Source: an uncultured delta proteobacterium (GTDB lineage Bacteria; Desulfobacterota; BSN033; UBA1163). Taken from it: 64,000 nucleotides of DNA. Location of the stretch: NCBI GenBank assembly GCA_963827685.1, contig CAWHBU010000002.1, forward strand, positions 1,184,001-1,248,000, written 5' to 3'. Made by a program: the position numbers and the translations under genes. Position 1 is the first letter of the stretch, and every line of letters starts with the position of its first letter. Under the pieces are notes generated by a model. It was given only the letters and a program-made list of their open reading frames with translations, had not been told where the DNA came from and ran no database searches. Below are positions 39,420-49,197 of the stretch, piece by piece.

Positions 39420-41105
39420 TTATGCCTTTGCAGGCGCTCCTTCTGCTCGTATAACTTTGTAACGGCTAAAGGCCTTCAGTCCTTCCACCGCCAGAATGAT
39501 CGCGGCGATGACCAGGAAGATTGCAACCAAAATCATCAGTGTGTTCCCCACCAGGGCCTGTCCCTTAACCGCCCCTAAATAAACCTGTTTGGAAAGCCTC
39601 CAGGCGGTAACCACCAGGGCAGCCGTGGTCGTGAAAAACATAAAAATCATCGGGTAAAAGGTCCATCCATAAGGTTTCCCCTGAGACATCAACCACGCTG
39701 TCATCAGCAACAAGGCCAGGGAGGCCATCAATTGGTTGGCTCCTCCAAAAAGTATCCAGAGGTATTGCCACCATCCTGTCAAGATCAGGATCAGTGTCAG
39801 AAGGCTGGCAATAATGGTCCCAATATGGACATTCTTAAAGATAGGGCTGATATCGCCCAACATTTCAGAAGTGGCCACTCTCATGAATCGAATCACAAGC
39901 TGCAGGATGGTAACTGCCAGGACGATTAACATAACGCCACCATAAGATCTCCCGACGGCAGCTGGAAGCCCCAATGCCCCTAAGAATTTCGACACTCCTG
40001 CTGAAAATACGCCAATAGGTCCTTTAGCAATGGCGGCCGTATATTCCGAAGACGAGGCGAAAATCGTTCCAGCAATGACCAGAGCGAACACGCCAAGCAT
40101 CATCTCCACAAACATTACACCGCCACCTACTGGACGGGCATCTGTTTCGTACTCTAATTGCCTGGCTGTACCTGAACTTGAAACAATACTGTGCCATCCG
40201 GATACTGCCCCGCAACCGATGGTTACAAACATGATGGGCCAAAGAGGCCCAATTCTGATATTAAAGCCTGTATAAGCGGGTAGTGTAAAATCAGGATGGA
40301 GCACAAATACTCCGATGATCCCAAATAAGAGACCCAAGAAAATAATGTAGGAAGTGACATAGTTAATGGGAAGGGCAAATCTCCAGATCGGCAAAACCGC
40401 TGCAAAGTAGCAGAAGACAAGCGCAGCGATCGCCCAAACAAGTCGACTATTGGCAATATCCGCTCCAAGGATACTGTCAGAGGGAGCAACCGATCCAAGC
40501 CATATCCCGAACAACGAAATGGCGACTGTGATAACAGTGGTCAGAATAATATCCTTCTTCCAGCGATAGATCATCTGCCCAGCAAGAACTCCAGCGCCGG
40601 TGAAAAAAAGCCATGCCATGGGAGAACTTTTCGCCCCGATGGCTGCATCGACAACAATATTTCCAAAGGCGCCGGCGATGAGAAGCAGAAAGAAATAGAT
40701 AAAGCAGAGTAGAACGATCCGAGCCCGCGGCGAGATCAATTTGTAGCTTAATCCGCCAAAGGAAGCTCCTTCATTTCGCATGGCCACCACGGCGCTCGAG
40801 TAGTCATGAACCCATCCAATGAATAACGCACCAAGGCAGAGCCACAGCAAACAGGGGAGCCACCCCCATTGAATGGCAATGATTGGACCAACGACTGGTG
40901 CTGCGCCGGCAATGGACTTGAATTGGTACCCGAACAGGATGTTCTTACTGGTGGGCATGAATTCCACCCCATCCATATACATCTTGGCCGGAGTGGCCCT
41001 CTTCGGGTCTGACTTTACAATTTTCGTATCCACGTACTTTGCATAGAAGCGGTAACCGATAAAAAAGACGATAAACCCTATGATCATAACAACAACTGAA
41101 TTCAT
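39420..41105 (-). CDS. cstA: Carbon starvation protein A family transporter
   Basis: TPA..DGVEF, SIAGAAPVVGP, GWVHDY, CGAVSGWHS, LFGGANQL, many TM helices. Confidence 0.93.
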   Translation of the reverse strand: MNSVVVMIIGFIVFFIGYRFYAKYVDTKIVKSDPKRATPAKMYMDGVEFMPTSKNILFGYQFKSIAGAAPVVGPIIAIQWGWLPCLLWLCLGALFIGWVHDYSSAVVAMRNEGASFGGLSYKLISPRARIVLLCFIYFFLLLIAGAFGNIVVDAAIGAKSSPMAWLFFTGAGVLAGQMIYRWKKDIILTTVITVAISLFGIWLGSVAPSDSILGADIANSRLVWAIAALVFCYFAAVLPIWRFALPINYVTSYIIFLGLLFGIIGVFVLHPDFTLPAYTGFNIRIGPLWPIMFVTIGCGAVSGWHSIVSSSGTARQLEYETDARPVGGGVMFVEMMLGVFALVIAGTIFASSSEYTAAIAKGPIGVFSAGVSKFLGALGLPAAVGRSYGGVMLIVLAVTILQLVIRFMRVATSEMLGDISPIFKNVHIGTIIASLLTLILILTGWWQYLWILFGGANQLMASLALLLMTAWLMSQGKPYGWTFYPMIFMFFTTTAALVVTAWRLSKQVYLGAVKGQALVGNTLMILVAIFLVIAAIILAVEGLKAFSRYKVIRAEGAPAKA

Positions 41106-41220
41106 GATCTTACCTCCTTGTGGTTATAAAACCACCCTTGAGATATTGATGAATTCCCCCTACCCATATTCCTTACTCATGCGCGACGCGTTCTCACCTC
41201 CTTTAATTCTGAATGACCTA

Positions 41221-41248
41221 ATTATATGCAAATAATTCTTTATGTCAA
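41221..41248 (-). promoter_or_regulatory. Consensus sigma70 promoter of the cstA operon
   Basis: TTGACA-16 nt-TATAAT on the minus strand. Confidence 0.8.
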
Positions 41249-41263
41249 CCCTCCGATTTACTC

Positions 41264-41373
41264 GGGTTGACCCTGCACTTCGATAGACTCGGTGTCCTGA
41301 GTTTGCCGAAGGAAGCAGCGCTTGCTTCACCATCCTAAACGACAAAGCTGAGCGCCGTCGAATGGGTCAAACC
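41264..41373. repeat. Nested palindromic repeat (CTTCGA..CTC / CTGAG..CGAAG family)
   Basis: GGGTTGACC...CTTCGATAGACTCGG-TGT-CCTGAGTTTGCCGAAG...GAAGCAGCGCTTGCTTC...GGTCAAACCC. Confidence 0.6.
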
Positions 41374-41378
41374 CAAAA

Positions 41379-41555
41379 TTATTCGAAACACCCCAGCTGG
41401 CACTGGCTGATTTTGACCTTCATCTCATTCAAGATCTTTCCCATCTCCCTCTTAGAAATTCCAAAATCTTCAGCGATCTTAAAGCACATGGCACAGGGAA
41501 GTTTTCCGTCCTTGGCTTTTTCCTTGATCGCTTCCTCTATCTTTTTTCGATCCAT
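41379..41555 (-). CDS. Small Cys-containing hypothetical protein
   Basis: GKLPCAMCFKIAE...KISQCQLGCF. ATG 41555 follows GGAG. Confidence 0.75.
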   Translation of the reverse strand: MDRKKIEEAIKEKAKDGKLPCAMCFKIAEDFGISKREMGKILNEMKVKISQCQLGCFE

Positions 41556-41566
41556 AATGAGCTCCG

Positions 41567-42058
41567 TCACCCCCTCCCTTTCCCTCCCCCCTCGAGGGGG
41601 AGGGGTGGGGTGGGGGGCCTGGAAATATAAATCCCATATTCAAATCCATCCACCAACGCCAGAAAGGAGGCTTTATTAATATTCTCCGAAAATGCTTTCA
41701 CCCTCCACGCCTCTTTTCCATTGCTAAACAGAATCTCCACCTCCACACCCGCTGCGGTTCCGGCACCCGGATCGAAGATTCTGGAACTGAAATCGACCAG
41801 TTTCACCCCATCAATCTCAGGGAAGATCGATTTGAGTGATTTTTTCAATACCTTGGCTAAGGCATCCACCGGGCCCACCCCTGTGTCTGCTTCGTGCATC
41901 TCTTTTCCATTGGCCCGAAGCATAATGGTTGCCTCAGGTTGGATGCCATCGTCAATCAGTCGATAATTACCGATGATCTCAAAATGGGGTTTATAGCTGG
42001 CCATCGACCTTAAAAGATTTAGAATCTTTGTCGCATCCTTGATTTTTTCCTCGACCAA
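41567..42058 (-). CDS. Stand-alone LeuA/CimA-type regulatory (LeuA_dimer) domain protein
   Basis: EATIML...EADTGVGPVDALAKVL...LVDFS.RI...SENINKASFLALVDGFEY. Start uncertain (TTG 42058 or further upstream). Confidence 0.75.
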   Translation of the reverse strand: MVEEKIKDATKILNLLRSMASYKPHFEIIGNYRLIDDGIQPEATIMLRANGKEMHEADTGVGPVDALAKVLKKSLKSIFPEIDGVKLVDFSSRIFDPGAGTAAGVEVEILFSNGKEAWRVKAFSENINKASFLALVDGFEYGIYISRPPTPPLPLEGGGKGRG

Positions 42059-42263
42059 TGTTTCCCCCTGTAAAATAATGCCCATTACAATCGGATTTAT
42101 ACGAAATGTCAAGAAAAATTATAACATGAAAAATTATAACATGGGAATCGACGAAAGATGCTATTTGACCGTGACTCGTCTCCGTGTTATTTAAAGTAAA
42201 GTAAAAAATGTTTTACGGTCAAGGGCGCGAGACACGGATCACATTTTGGAGAGGATTGCTAAA

Positions 42264-43142
42264 ATGAGACTCGGCGGGGTCATGCCACCCATTACCACAC
42301 CTTTTCAAGATGGGAAATTGGCTTCGAATAAACTCAAAAATAATTTTCAAAAATGGAATAAAGCAGGTCTTTCCGGTTATCTCGTCCTTGGATCAAACGG
42401 TGAGGCGGTCTATTTAAATGAGAAAGAGAAAATAAAAGTCGTCGAAGTCTCAAGGGCATCTATCCCCAGATCAAAGATTATGATGGTTGGAACAGGGATG
42501 GAATCGACTCAGGAGACCATTCGCTTTACCGGTCAAGTGGCGAAGATGGGGGCGGATATCGCTCTCGTAGTCACTCCATCCTATTTCAAGGGATCGATGA
42601 AGCCCCAGATTTTATATGATCATTTTGTTGCTGTCGCAGAATCTTCCCGAATTGAAATTCTCCTTTACAACGTCCCACAATTTACTGGAATCAACTTAGA
42701 GTCGGAATTGGTCGCTAAGCTTTCTGAACATTCCAATATCGTCGGGATGAAAGACAGTTCAGGGAATATCGGTCAATTGAGTGAAATCATTCATCTCTCT
42801 AAGAAGGGATTTGCCGTCTTCGTAGGGTCAGCACCTGTATTCTTCCCCGCCCTTTGCGTAGGGGCGGTGGGCGGAATTCTGGCTGTGGCAAATGTGGTTC
42901 CTCAAGAATGCGTCCAGATTCAAAGCCTTTTTGATAAAGGGAAAATGAATGAGGCCAAGGCATTACAAAATCAACTAACCTCCTTGGCCAAAGCAGTGAC
43001 AACAAAATATGGCATCGGCGGTTTAAAAATCGCGATGGATCTGGCAGGATACTTTGGTGGAAATCCACGACTTCCTTTAAAAAGACCGAGCAAGGAAGCT
43101 GAAGAAGAATTGAAACGACTATTCCTTCATTCGAAAGGTTGA
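42264..43142 (+). CDS. DHDPS/NAL-family aldolase (HOGA-like)
   Basis: TTPF, LGSNGE, VTPSYF, LYNVPQFTG, GMKDSSG (Schiff-base Lys). Confidence 0.88.
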   Translation: MRLGGVMPPITTPFQDGKLASNKLKNNFQKWNKAGLSGYLVLGSNGEAVYLNEKEKIKVVEVSRASIPRSKIMMVGTGMESTQETIRFTGQVAKMGADIALVVTPSYFKGSMKPQILYDHFVAVAESSRIEILLYNVPQFTGINLESELVAKLSEHSNIVGMKDSSGNIGQLSEIIHLSKKGFAVFVGSAPVFFPALCVGAVGGILAVANVVPQECVQIQSLFDKGKMNEAKALQNQLTSLAKAVTTKYGIGGLKIAMDLAGYFGGNPRLPLKRPSKEAEEELKRLFLHSKG

Positions 43143-43528
43143 TATCTCCTGCTTATCTTTTTCGAAGTTTCATCAGACCGGTTACATCACTCTTCGCCTC
43201 GCAAGCTGAAGATCCTACAACCTTTTCATCGAATATTTCTGTGGTTAGGGTTCCCGATGACACCGCTCGGGGGGAAACGAACTCTTTGCTCCTTCCTGTG
43301 GCCTAATATATTCCCCGATAGCTGATTCATCTAACCGCGCCGTCATATGCCGAACGGGGCTCAGGCCGGAGGCTCAGCCGGCCTGCCGCAGGCAGGGGCT
43401 AACCCTGAGTGGCCCTCTAAACGGTGTCCTAAAGGGTAAGATCTAACGCCCTTGAATGGCTCAATTGCTGTTTCCGATCCACTCTGTTATAATTTTTTTT
43501 AAATTTGAGAAATTGAAAGGAGGGCTTT

Positions 43529-44026
43529 ATGGGAACAAAAACCGAAGGAAATTTGAAAGAGGCATTTGCAGGGGAATCTCAGGCCAATCGAAAATATCTC
43601 GCCTTTGCGAAGAAGGCAGATGAGGAAGGATATTCACAAGTGGCTAAACTTTTCAGGGCGGCGGCTGAAGCAGAAACCGTCCACGCCCATAGCCACCTTC
43701 GAGTTTTGAAAGGGATCAAATCGACAAAAGAAAATCTTCAGGAGGCCATCGGTGGCGAAACCCATGAGTTCAAAAGCATGTACCCCGGGATGATCGAAGC
43801 GGCAAAGTCAGACAAGAATGATGCAGCCTTCCGAACATTTAATTTCGCTAATCAGGTGGAGAAAATCCACGCTGCTTTATACTCAAACGCCTTGGAGAAA
43901 CTGGGGAAAAATGAAGTCGTGGATTATTATGTCTGCCCTGTTTGCGGCAATACGGTTGAAAAGGCACCGCCGGATAATTGCCCGATCTGCGGGGCTCCAG
44001 GCAAGAGTTTTATGAAAATTGCCTGA
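43529..44026 (+). CDS. rbr: Rubrerythrin
   Basis: AFAGESQA, AETVHA, EKIH, CPVCG...CPICG. Confidence 0.95.
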   Translation: MGTKTEGNLKEAFAGESQANRKYLAFAKKADEEGYSQVAKLFRAAAEAETVHAHSHLRVLKGIKSTKENLQEAIGGETHEFKSMYPGMIEAAKSDKNDAAFRTFNFANQVEKIHAALYSNALEKLGKNEVVDYYVCPVCGNTVEKAPPDNCPICGAPGKSFMKIA

Positions 44027-44136
44027 TCATGATTCCGTCGGGGTGATGGGGGGATGAGGAGATAAGGCGAGCAGAACTTTCTCCTCACCTCTCTATCTCC
44101 CCAATCTGTCTGCAAGCGAATGATTTTTTCTAAGAT

Positions 44137-44853
44137 ATGAAAACCTATTCCCTTCATCCCGAATCGATTCGAAGCCTCTTCAATAACATCGCCCCCACCT
44201 ACGATTTCCTCAATCATCTTCTCAGCCTGGGAAGGGATTTTTATTGGAGGAAAACGGCGGTCCAGGAGCTGAAGGGGCTTGAAGGCTGGATATTGGATAT
44301 TGCTACTGGAACAGGGGATGTCGCCATTGAGATTACCCATCACAATGATCATCGAAGGAAGGTCTTCGGATTGGACTTCTCCGAACCTATGATTAAAAAG
44401 GCACAGCGAAAGGTCCTGAAAAAAGGTCTGTCACAAATAATCACATTGAGCCTTGGTGATGCCCTCTCCCTTCCTTTTCGAGACAATAGCTTTAGCGCTT
44501 CGATGATCGCCTTTGGTCTGAGGAATATTGTGGAGAAAGAACAGGCCCTTTCCGAAATGGTCCGGGTGATCAAAAGGGGTGGAAGGGTAATTGTCTTAGA
44601 ATTCACTTTTCCCAAAAAGGGATTGATGAGAAAATTATATCCGATCTATTTTCAAAGAGTCCTTCCTCGGGTGGGAGGTTTCGTCTCCGGCGATCAAGGA
44701 GCCTACGCCTATCTCCCGGAATCGGTTTCCCATTTTGCATCCGCAGAAAATTATGAGGAGATCATGAGGAAAGTCGGTTTGGAAAATGTGGGCTCCCAAT
44801 CATTGACCGGTGGAGTAGCCTCCGTTATCTCAGGAACAAAAAAGTGTTCATGA
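44137..44853 (+). CDS. ubiE: Demethylmenaquinone methyltransferase
   Basis: FNNIAPTYDFLNHLLSLG, LDIATGTGD, AFGLRN, YAYLPESV. Confidence 0.93.
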   Translation: MKTYSLHPESIRSLFNNIAPTYDFLNHLLSLGRDFYWRKTAVQELKGLEGWILDIATGTGDVAIEITHHNDHRRKVFGLDFSEPMIKKAQRKVLKKGLSQIITLSLGDALSLPFRDNSFSASMIAFGLRNIVEKEQALSEMVRVIKRGGRVIVLEFTFPKKGLMRKLYPIYFQRVLPRVGGFVSGDQGAYAYLPESVSHFASAENYEEIMRKVGLENVGSQSLTGGVASVISGTKKCS

Positions 44854-45293
44854 TCCGGCCTTTCTCTCTCCCCGATTTAGGTTCCATTCTCCAAATCGAA
44901 AGTCAATCCTTTCCCAAGTCGCCCTACGATCGGACAACTTTCCTCAACCTCCACTACCTCTATCCGGAAACTTTTCTGGTTTATGTCAACACAAAGCATG
45001 GCCAAAAGGAAGAGGAGATTTTAGGATATGTCATCTTCTCTCGGGACGGGCATATTATCTCGATTGCCGTTCATCCCCGGTATCGAGGAGAAGGCATTGG
45101 AACCCGACTCCTCCAGAGGGTGATGAAGACCCCTCATCTTAAAAAGGTGTGGGCTGAGGTGAGGAGAGGCAATCAGGGAGCCCAAGCCTTTTATTCCAAG
45201 ATGGGATTTCAAATTACGGGTATGGTCTCGAACTACTACGGAAATGAAGATGCCCTGATTATTCAATGGACTCCTGACATCCCTGAATCTTAG
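44850..45293 (+). CDS. rimI: Ribosomal-protein-alanine N-acetyltransferase (GNAT)
   Basis: IAVHPRYRGEGIG, EVRRGN..A..FY, NYY..EDA. Confidence 0.8.
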   Translation: MIRPFSLPDLGSILQIESQSFPKSPYDRTTFLNLHYLYPETFLVYVNTKHGQKEEEILGYVIFSRDGHIISIAVHPRYRGEGIGTRLLQRVMKTPHLKKVWAEVRRGNQGAQAFYSKMGFQITGMVSNYYGNEDALIIQWTPDIPES

Positions 45294-45333
45294 CGAATTC
45301 CAGATAGTCAGTCTCCGGACGAATCACTCCGAA

Positions 45334-45783
45334 CTATCTTGAAAACCTCACGACATCCCCTGCTTTGATGCCATGGGAAGAGAACCAACCTTTATTCATC
45401 TCTAAACCATAGAGGATGGGTCTGGGGGGGACATGGGAATCTACAGTCAGAGGTTTCATATCGGTGATCCAAACAATCCGGCCATCTTTGTCGATAAAGG
45501 CGATGCTGAGGGGGATAATGGTATCTTTCATCCAAAACCCGTGATAGTCTTCTGTTTCGAAGATAAAGAACATTCCCTCATCTCTACCCAAATGTTTTCG
45601 GCCCATCAATCCATGGTTCCTCTCTTCTGGACTCTTGGCGACCTCCACCCAGATTTCTTTCTCGTGGATGTAAAGAGGAATTTTCAGGATTCTCTGAGAA
45701 TGCGCAATGGGAATCCAGACCCAAAACAGTATGAAAAGGATCCCTTCAATCTTCCGGACCAGATATCCCCTTCCCTTTTCCAT
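45334..45783 (-). CDS. DUF192 family protein
   Basis: VEVA..R..GLM, FWMKDTIIPLSIAF, LEMNKG. Confidence 0.9.
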   Translation of the reverse strand: MEKGRGYLVRKIEGILFILFWVWIPIAHSQRILKIPLYIHEKEIWVEVAKSPEERNHGLMGRKHLGRDEGMFFIFETEDYHGFWMKDTIIPLSIAFIDKDGRIVWITDMKPLTVDSHVPPRPILYGLEMNKGWFSSHGIKAGDVVRFSR

Positions 45784-45976
45784 CCCAATCCCTTTCTACA
45801 AGCTGATCGACGAGGTTCCGAATTTCATCCTTGATCTTGCCCGTATTCCACTGGATGAATAAAACCCAGAGGGGAAGGAGAAGCCAAAGAATCAAAAGAA
45901 TGCTCAAGAAAACAACCACTACAATGGCGATCCCAAAAGGAAGTTCTTTAAAGATCTGTTCAATATACCATTCCAT
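45746..45976 (-). CDS. Small membrane protein
   Basis: AAGGAGG RBS and a long hydrophobic stretch. Confidence 0.6.
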   Translation of the reverse strand: MEWYIEQIFKELPFGIAIVVVVFLSILLILWLLLPLWVLFIQWNTGKIKDEIRNLVDQLVERDWDGKGKGISGPED

Positions 45977-46044
45977 TCCCGTCCATACCTCCTTTAATTA
46001 ATCCCCAGACCAAGAAGGTTTCATAATTCCTGGATCAGACATAC

Positions 46045-46138
46045 TCAGATTTCAAATCCCAAATCAACGTGATTTAAGATTTCAGATTTTAGATTTCTGC
46101 TTTTCAATCTGCAATCTGCCATTTGCAATCTGCAATTT
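46045..46138. repeat. Inverted 7 bp periodic array (AGATTTC / AATCTGC)
   Basis: AGATTTCAGATTTTAGATTTC...AATCTGCAATCTGCCATTTGCAATCTGCAAT. Confidence 0.75.
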
Positions 46139-46139
46139 C

Positions 46140-46433
46140 TTATCGGGGTCGCTCCCCTTTTAATTGTCTACTCAGTTTCTCATTGACCTTTAAGATTTGA
46201 TCCACATCTGAACCGGTCAGTTCCCAGGAATAGCTATCCTTGCCGTCTTTCTTCAGTTTAATCTTTACCTCCGGAGGAAAAGGTTGCTCCTTTTCAACCT
46301 TTTCCTTTTCCACAACGACCTTCGGAACCGGTGGACTCTCTGATTTGCCTTGTGGAGGAACGGATTTCTTCTCACAAGCGATGAGGGAAAAAATTAACAC
46401 CGCAGAGACGATAAATATCTTCTTCATACTCAT
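46140..46433 (-). CDS. Small lipoprotein
   Basis: MKK...lipobox LIAC. Confidence 0.75.
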   Translation of the reverse strand: MSMKKIFIVSAVLIFSLIACEKKSVPPQGKSESPPVPKVVVEKEKVEKEQPFPPEVKIKLKKDGKDSYSWELTGSDVDQILKVNEKLSRQLKGERPR

Positions 46434-46454
46434 TGTGTTCCTTGTGCGAAGGGA

Positions 46455-47989
46455 TCAGTCCTCTTTTAGGAACAGCCGGCATCCTTTCACAAATTCTTCT
46501 TTGCTACGGGCGTCTTTGGGGTAAGAATAAGTTCTGAACTGAACGTCTATCCCTTTCGGAATATAATTTCCCTGGGTCAATTTCACTTGAACCCTTTCAC
46601 CAATCTCCTTGGCCAACTTCTTATCGTTAAAAGAAAAAATATAAACCGCGTTGTTTTGGAAAGGAATCACCGTGTCCACCGAGCGAACCATCTTCTGGAG
46701 GGCATACATCACCCCTTCCCAAGACTCGTGGCTGAGCGCAGATTCCCGTTTGGTCCTCTGTTCCCAAAAGTCCACTCGAATCATTGAAAACGGGGCCTTA
46801 TCTCTTTCCGCTTCTTCGAGCATTGGATTGAGAACGAGGCTAGAGATAGTCTCCATCCTAAACACGGGAACGGTGAAGACAAAGGAGGCACCACTTCCAG
46901 ACTTGCTCTCCGCTTGGATATAACCCTGGTGTCCTTCAACGATTTCCTTGGTGATGGCAAGTCCCAGCCCTGTCCCCGCGATGAGTCCTGTCTGGGTTCT
47001 TCTCCCTTGATAGAAACGGTCAAATACTTTGAGCAAGTCTTCTGGGGAAATCCCCACCCCTGTATCCGTCACCACAATCTTCAAATAATCCCGCTTCTCG
47101 GTGAGTCCCTTCGAATCAATGGTGACCTTCCCTCCCGGAGGGGTGAACTTGATTCCATTGCCAATGAGGTTGATAAAAACCTCCACTAATCGATTACGAT
47201 CAACTAAAACAAGTGGGGAATCCGGATCGAGCCGATTTTCAAGGGTGATCCTCTTTTCCTCCAACTGCTGAGAAAAAGTCATAACGGCATCCTCGACAAC
47301 CTCCATCAGACGAGTCGGCTCGAACTTCAGTTTCAAACCCTTTCCGGATTCGATCCTGGAGAAATCAAGGAGGGTTTCGATCAGATTCGTCAGGCGTATA
47401 ATATTCTTATGGGCAATACCTAAATATTCTTTCTGATCTTCGGTGAGAGCTCCCACATGTCCTTCCAGCATGAGGGAGATAAATTCCTTGATGACGGTCA
47501 GGGGGGTTCGCAGTTCATGGGAAACACTGGAAACGAAGGTGGACTTCAATTGGTCGAGCCGTTTCAGTTCTTCATTGGCCTTCTCCAATTCCGCCGATTT
47601 CTGAGTGAGATCCGCAATCAGATCCTTCTCACGGATCACTCGCTTCAATTTTGCCCTCATCTCGTCGATGGTGAACGGTTTAGCGATGTAGTCCGCGGCT
47701 CCCACACCGACCACATCTGTATAAGTATAGGAGCCTCCATGGGCGGTCATACAGATGATATAGGTACCCGGGAATTGATCCTGCGCCGCCTTCATCAATT
47801 CAAATCCATCCATCTCCGGCATCTTAATGTCCGTGATCATGATGCTGCAGGCCCCTTCTTTAAAATCTCTAAAGCCTCTCTCCCATTTCCAGTGGTCACC
47901 ACCTCATAGCCAATATGGTTGATGATTTTAGAAACCATCTCCCGAACGGTCTCTTCATCATCCACCACCAAAATTTTTTCCTTTTCCAC
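46455..47989 (-). CDS. Hybrid receiver-histidine kinase with a frame break inside the receiver domain
   Basis: 47989-47837 encodes KILVVDDEETVR...GYEV...EALEIL in one frame. ITDIKMP..., the H-box VSHELRTPL, NLIGNGIKF, DTGVGI and GTGLGL are in the -1 frame. Confidence 0.85.
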
Positions 47990-48126
47990 CTTGGGATTCC
48001 TTTCAACCTTGATTTAAGAAAGAATATTCCTTTTCCCTAACAATTTCAACAAAATTGTGGCCCCTTCTCCCGCGTCGTCCTCGAAGCCGCCGTCTGCCTT
48101 CAGGCAGAGGGATAGACATGGGGGGA

Positions 48127-49197
48127 TTACCTCCCTTCCATCTCCTTCTTCCAAGCAGAGAAGAAAGTCCAGAACTTCCCAGAGGTCCCCGGGGGGAGAT
48201 TAAGAAAATGAATTCCAGGGGGAATGGTTTCCTCAAAGAAATGCTGGTTCATCTCTTTGACCTCCTTGTAAAAAAGTCCAAGGGCCCTGGCCACCTCCAT
48301 AATGGGAAGAGGTTGGGTCAACTCAATCTGAACTCTCTCCACCTGAAGGGGGCTGTAATACTGCTTCTCCTCGATGCTATATCCATATTTTCCTGGATCG
48401 GAAAGGATGATTTTAGCCACTGCGACCTTATAGACATACCGTTCTGTCTCCAAAGGAAGATCAAGATAAAAATAATTCATCGTCTTTTGAAGATCGATCT
48501 CTTTTCGAACTCTATTTTCCCCTGCATTATAGGCGGCCATCGAAAGCGTCCAACTTTTGAATTCTTCGTAGAGGCTTCCCAGATAGGAAAGAGCGCCTTC
48601 GGTGGCCTTGAAAAAATCAAACCGCTCATCAATGCTTCGGTTCTTCCTCATCCCATATTTCTCGCCGGTGGAGGGGATGAATTGCCAGATTCCTGCTGCT
48701 CCGGATGAGGAGACGGCTTCAGGTCGAAGGCTGCTTTCTGTGATAGTCACATATTTCAGATCATCGGGAAGTCCCATCTCTTTCAACCTCTTCTCAATAA
48801 GAGGAAAATATCGCCGTGCTCGCTTCATCCATAAAAGGACTTGGGCTTCGTTGGACAATGCCAGAAGGAATTCCCGATCCAGATGTTCCCAGACATTCCT
48901 ATCTCCCAACGGAAAATGCTCTCCGCAGAGAGAAACCTCTTGGGGAAGTTTATAGGTGGTGAGAGAAGGACGGGCTTGACCACTGTTCAAGCGGTATCCC
49001 AAATTGGCCACCTCTGATCGAAGGCTGGAAACAGATTGTTCCAACGTTTTCAATCTCTCCAACAAGGCATCATTCTTCTCTGAGGATTCACCCCGAACGG
49101 CTATCTTCTCGGGCTCCGTCTGTACGGATTGACCTGTGGCACAACTGAGAAGAAAACCAACCAACAAAACGGAAATGATCATCTTTGCCTTTTTCAT
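48127..49197 (-). CDS. Lytic transglycosylase (MltD-like SLT) lipoprotein
   Basis: Lipobox LLSC, TESSL, GAAGIWQF, AAYNAG, ETERYV. Confidence 0.9.
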   Translation of the reverse strand: MKKAKMIISVLLVGFLLSCATGQSVQTEPEKIAVRGESSEKNDALLERLKTLEQSVSSLRSEVANLGYRLNSGQARPSLTTYKLPQEVSLCGEHFPLGDRNVWEHLDREFLLALSNEAQVLLWMKRARRYFPLIEKRLKEMGLPDDLKYVTITESSLRPEAVSSSGAAGIWQFIPSTGEKYGMRKNRSIDERFDFFKATEGALSYLGSLYEEFKSWTLSMAAYNAGENRVRKEIDLQKTMNYFYLDLPLETERYVYKVAVAKIILSDPGKYGYSIEEKQYYSPLQVERVQIELTQPLPIMEVARALGLFYKEVKEMNQHFFEETIPPGIHFLNLPPGTSGKFWTFFSAWKKEMEGR

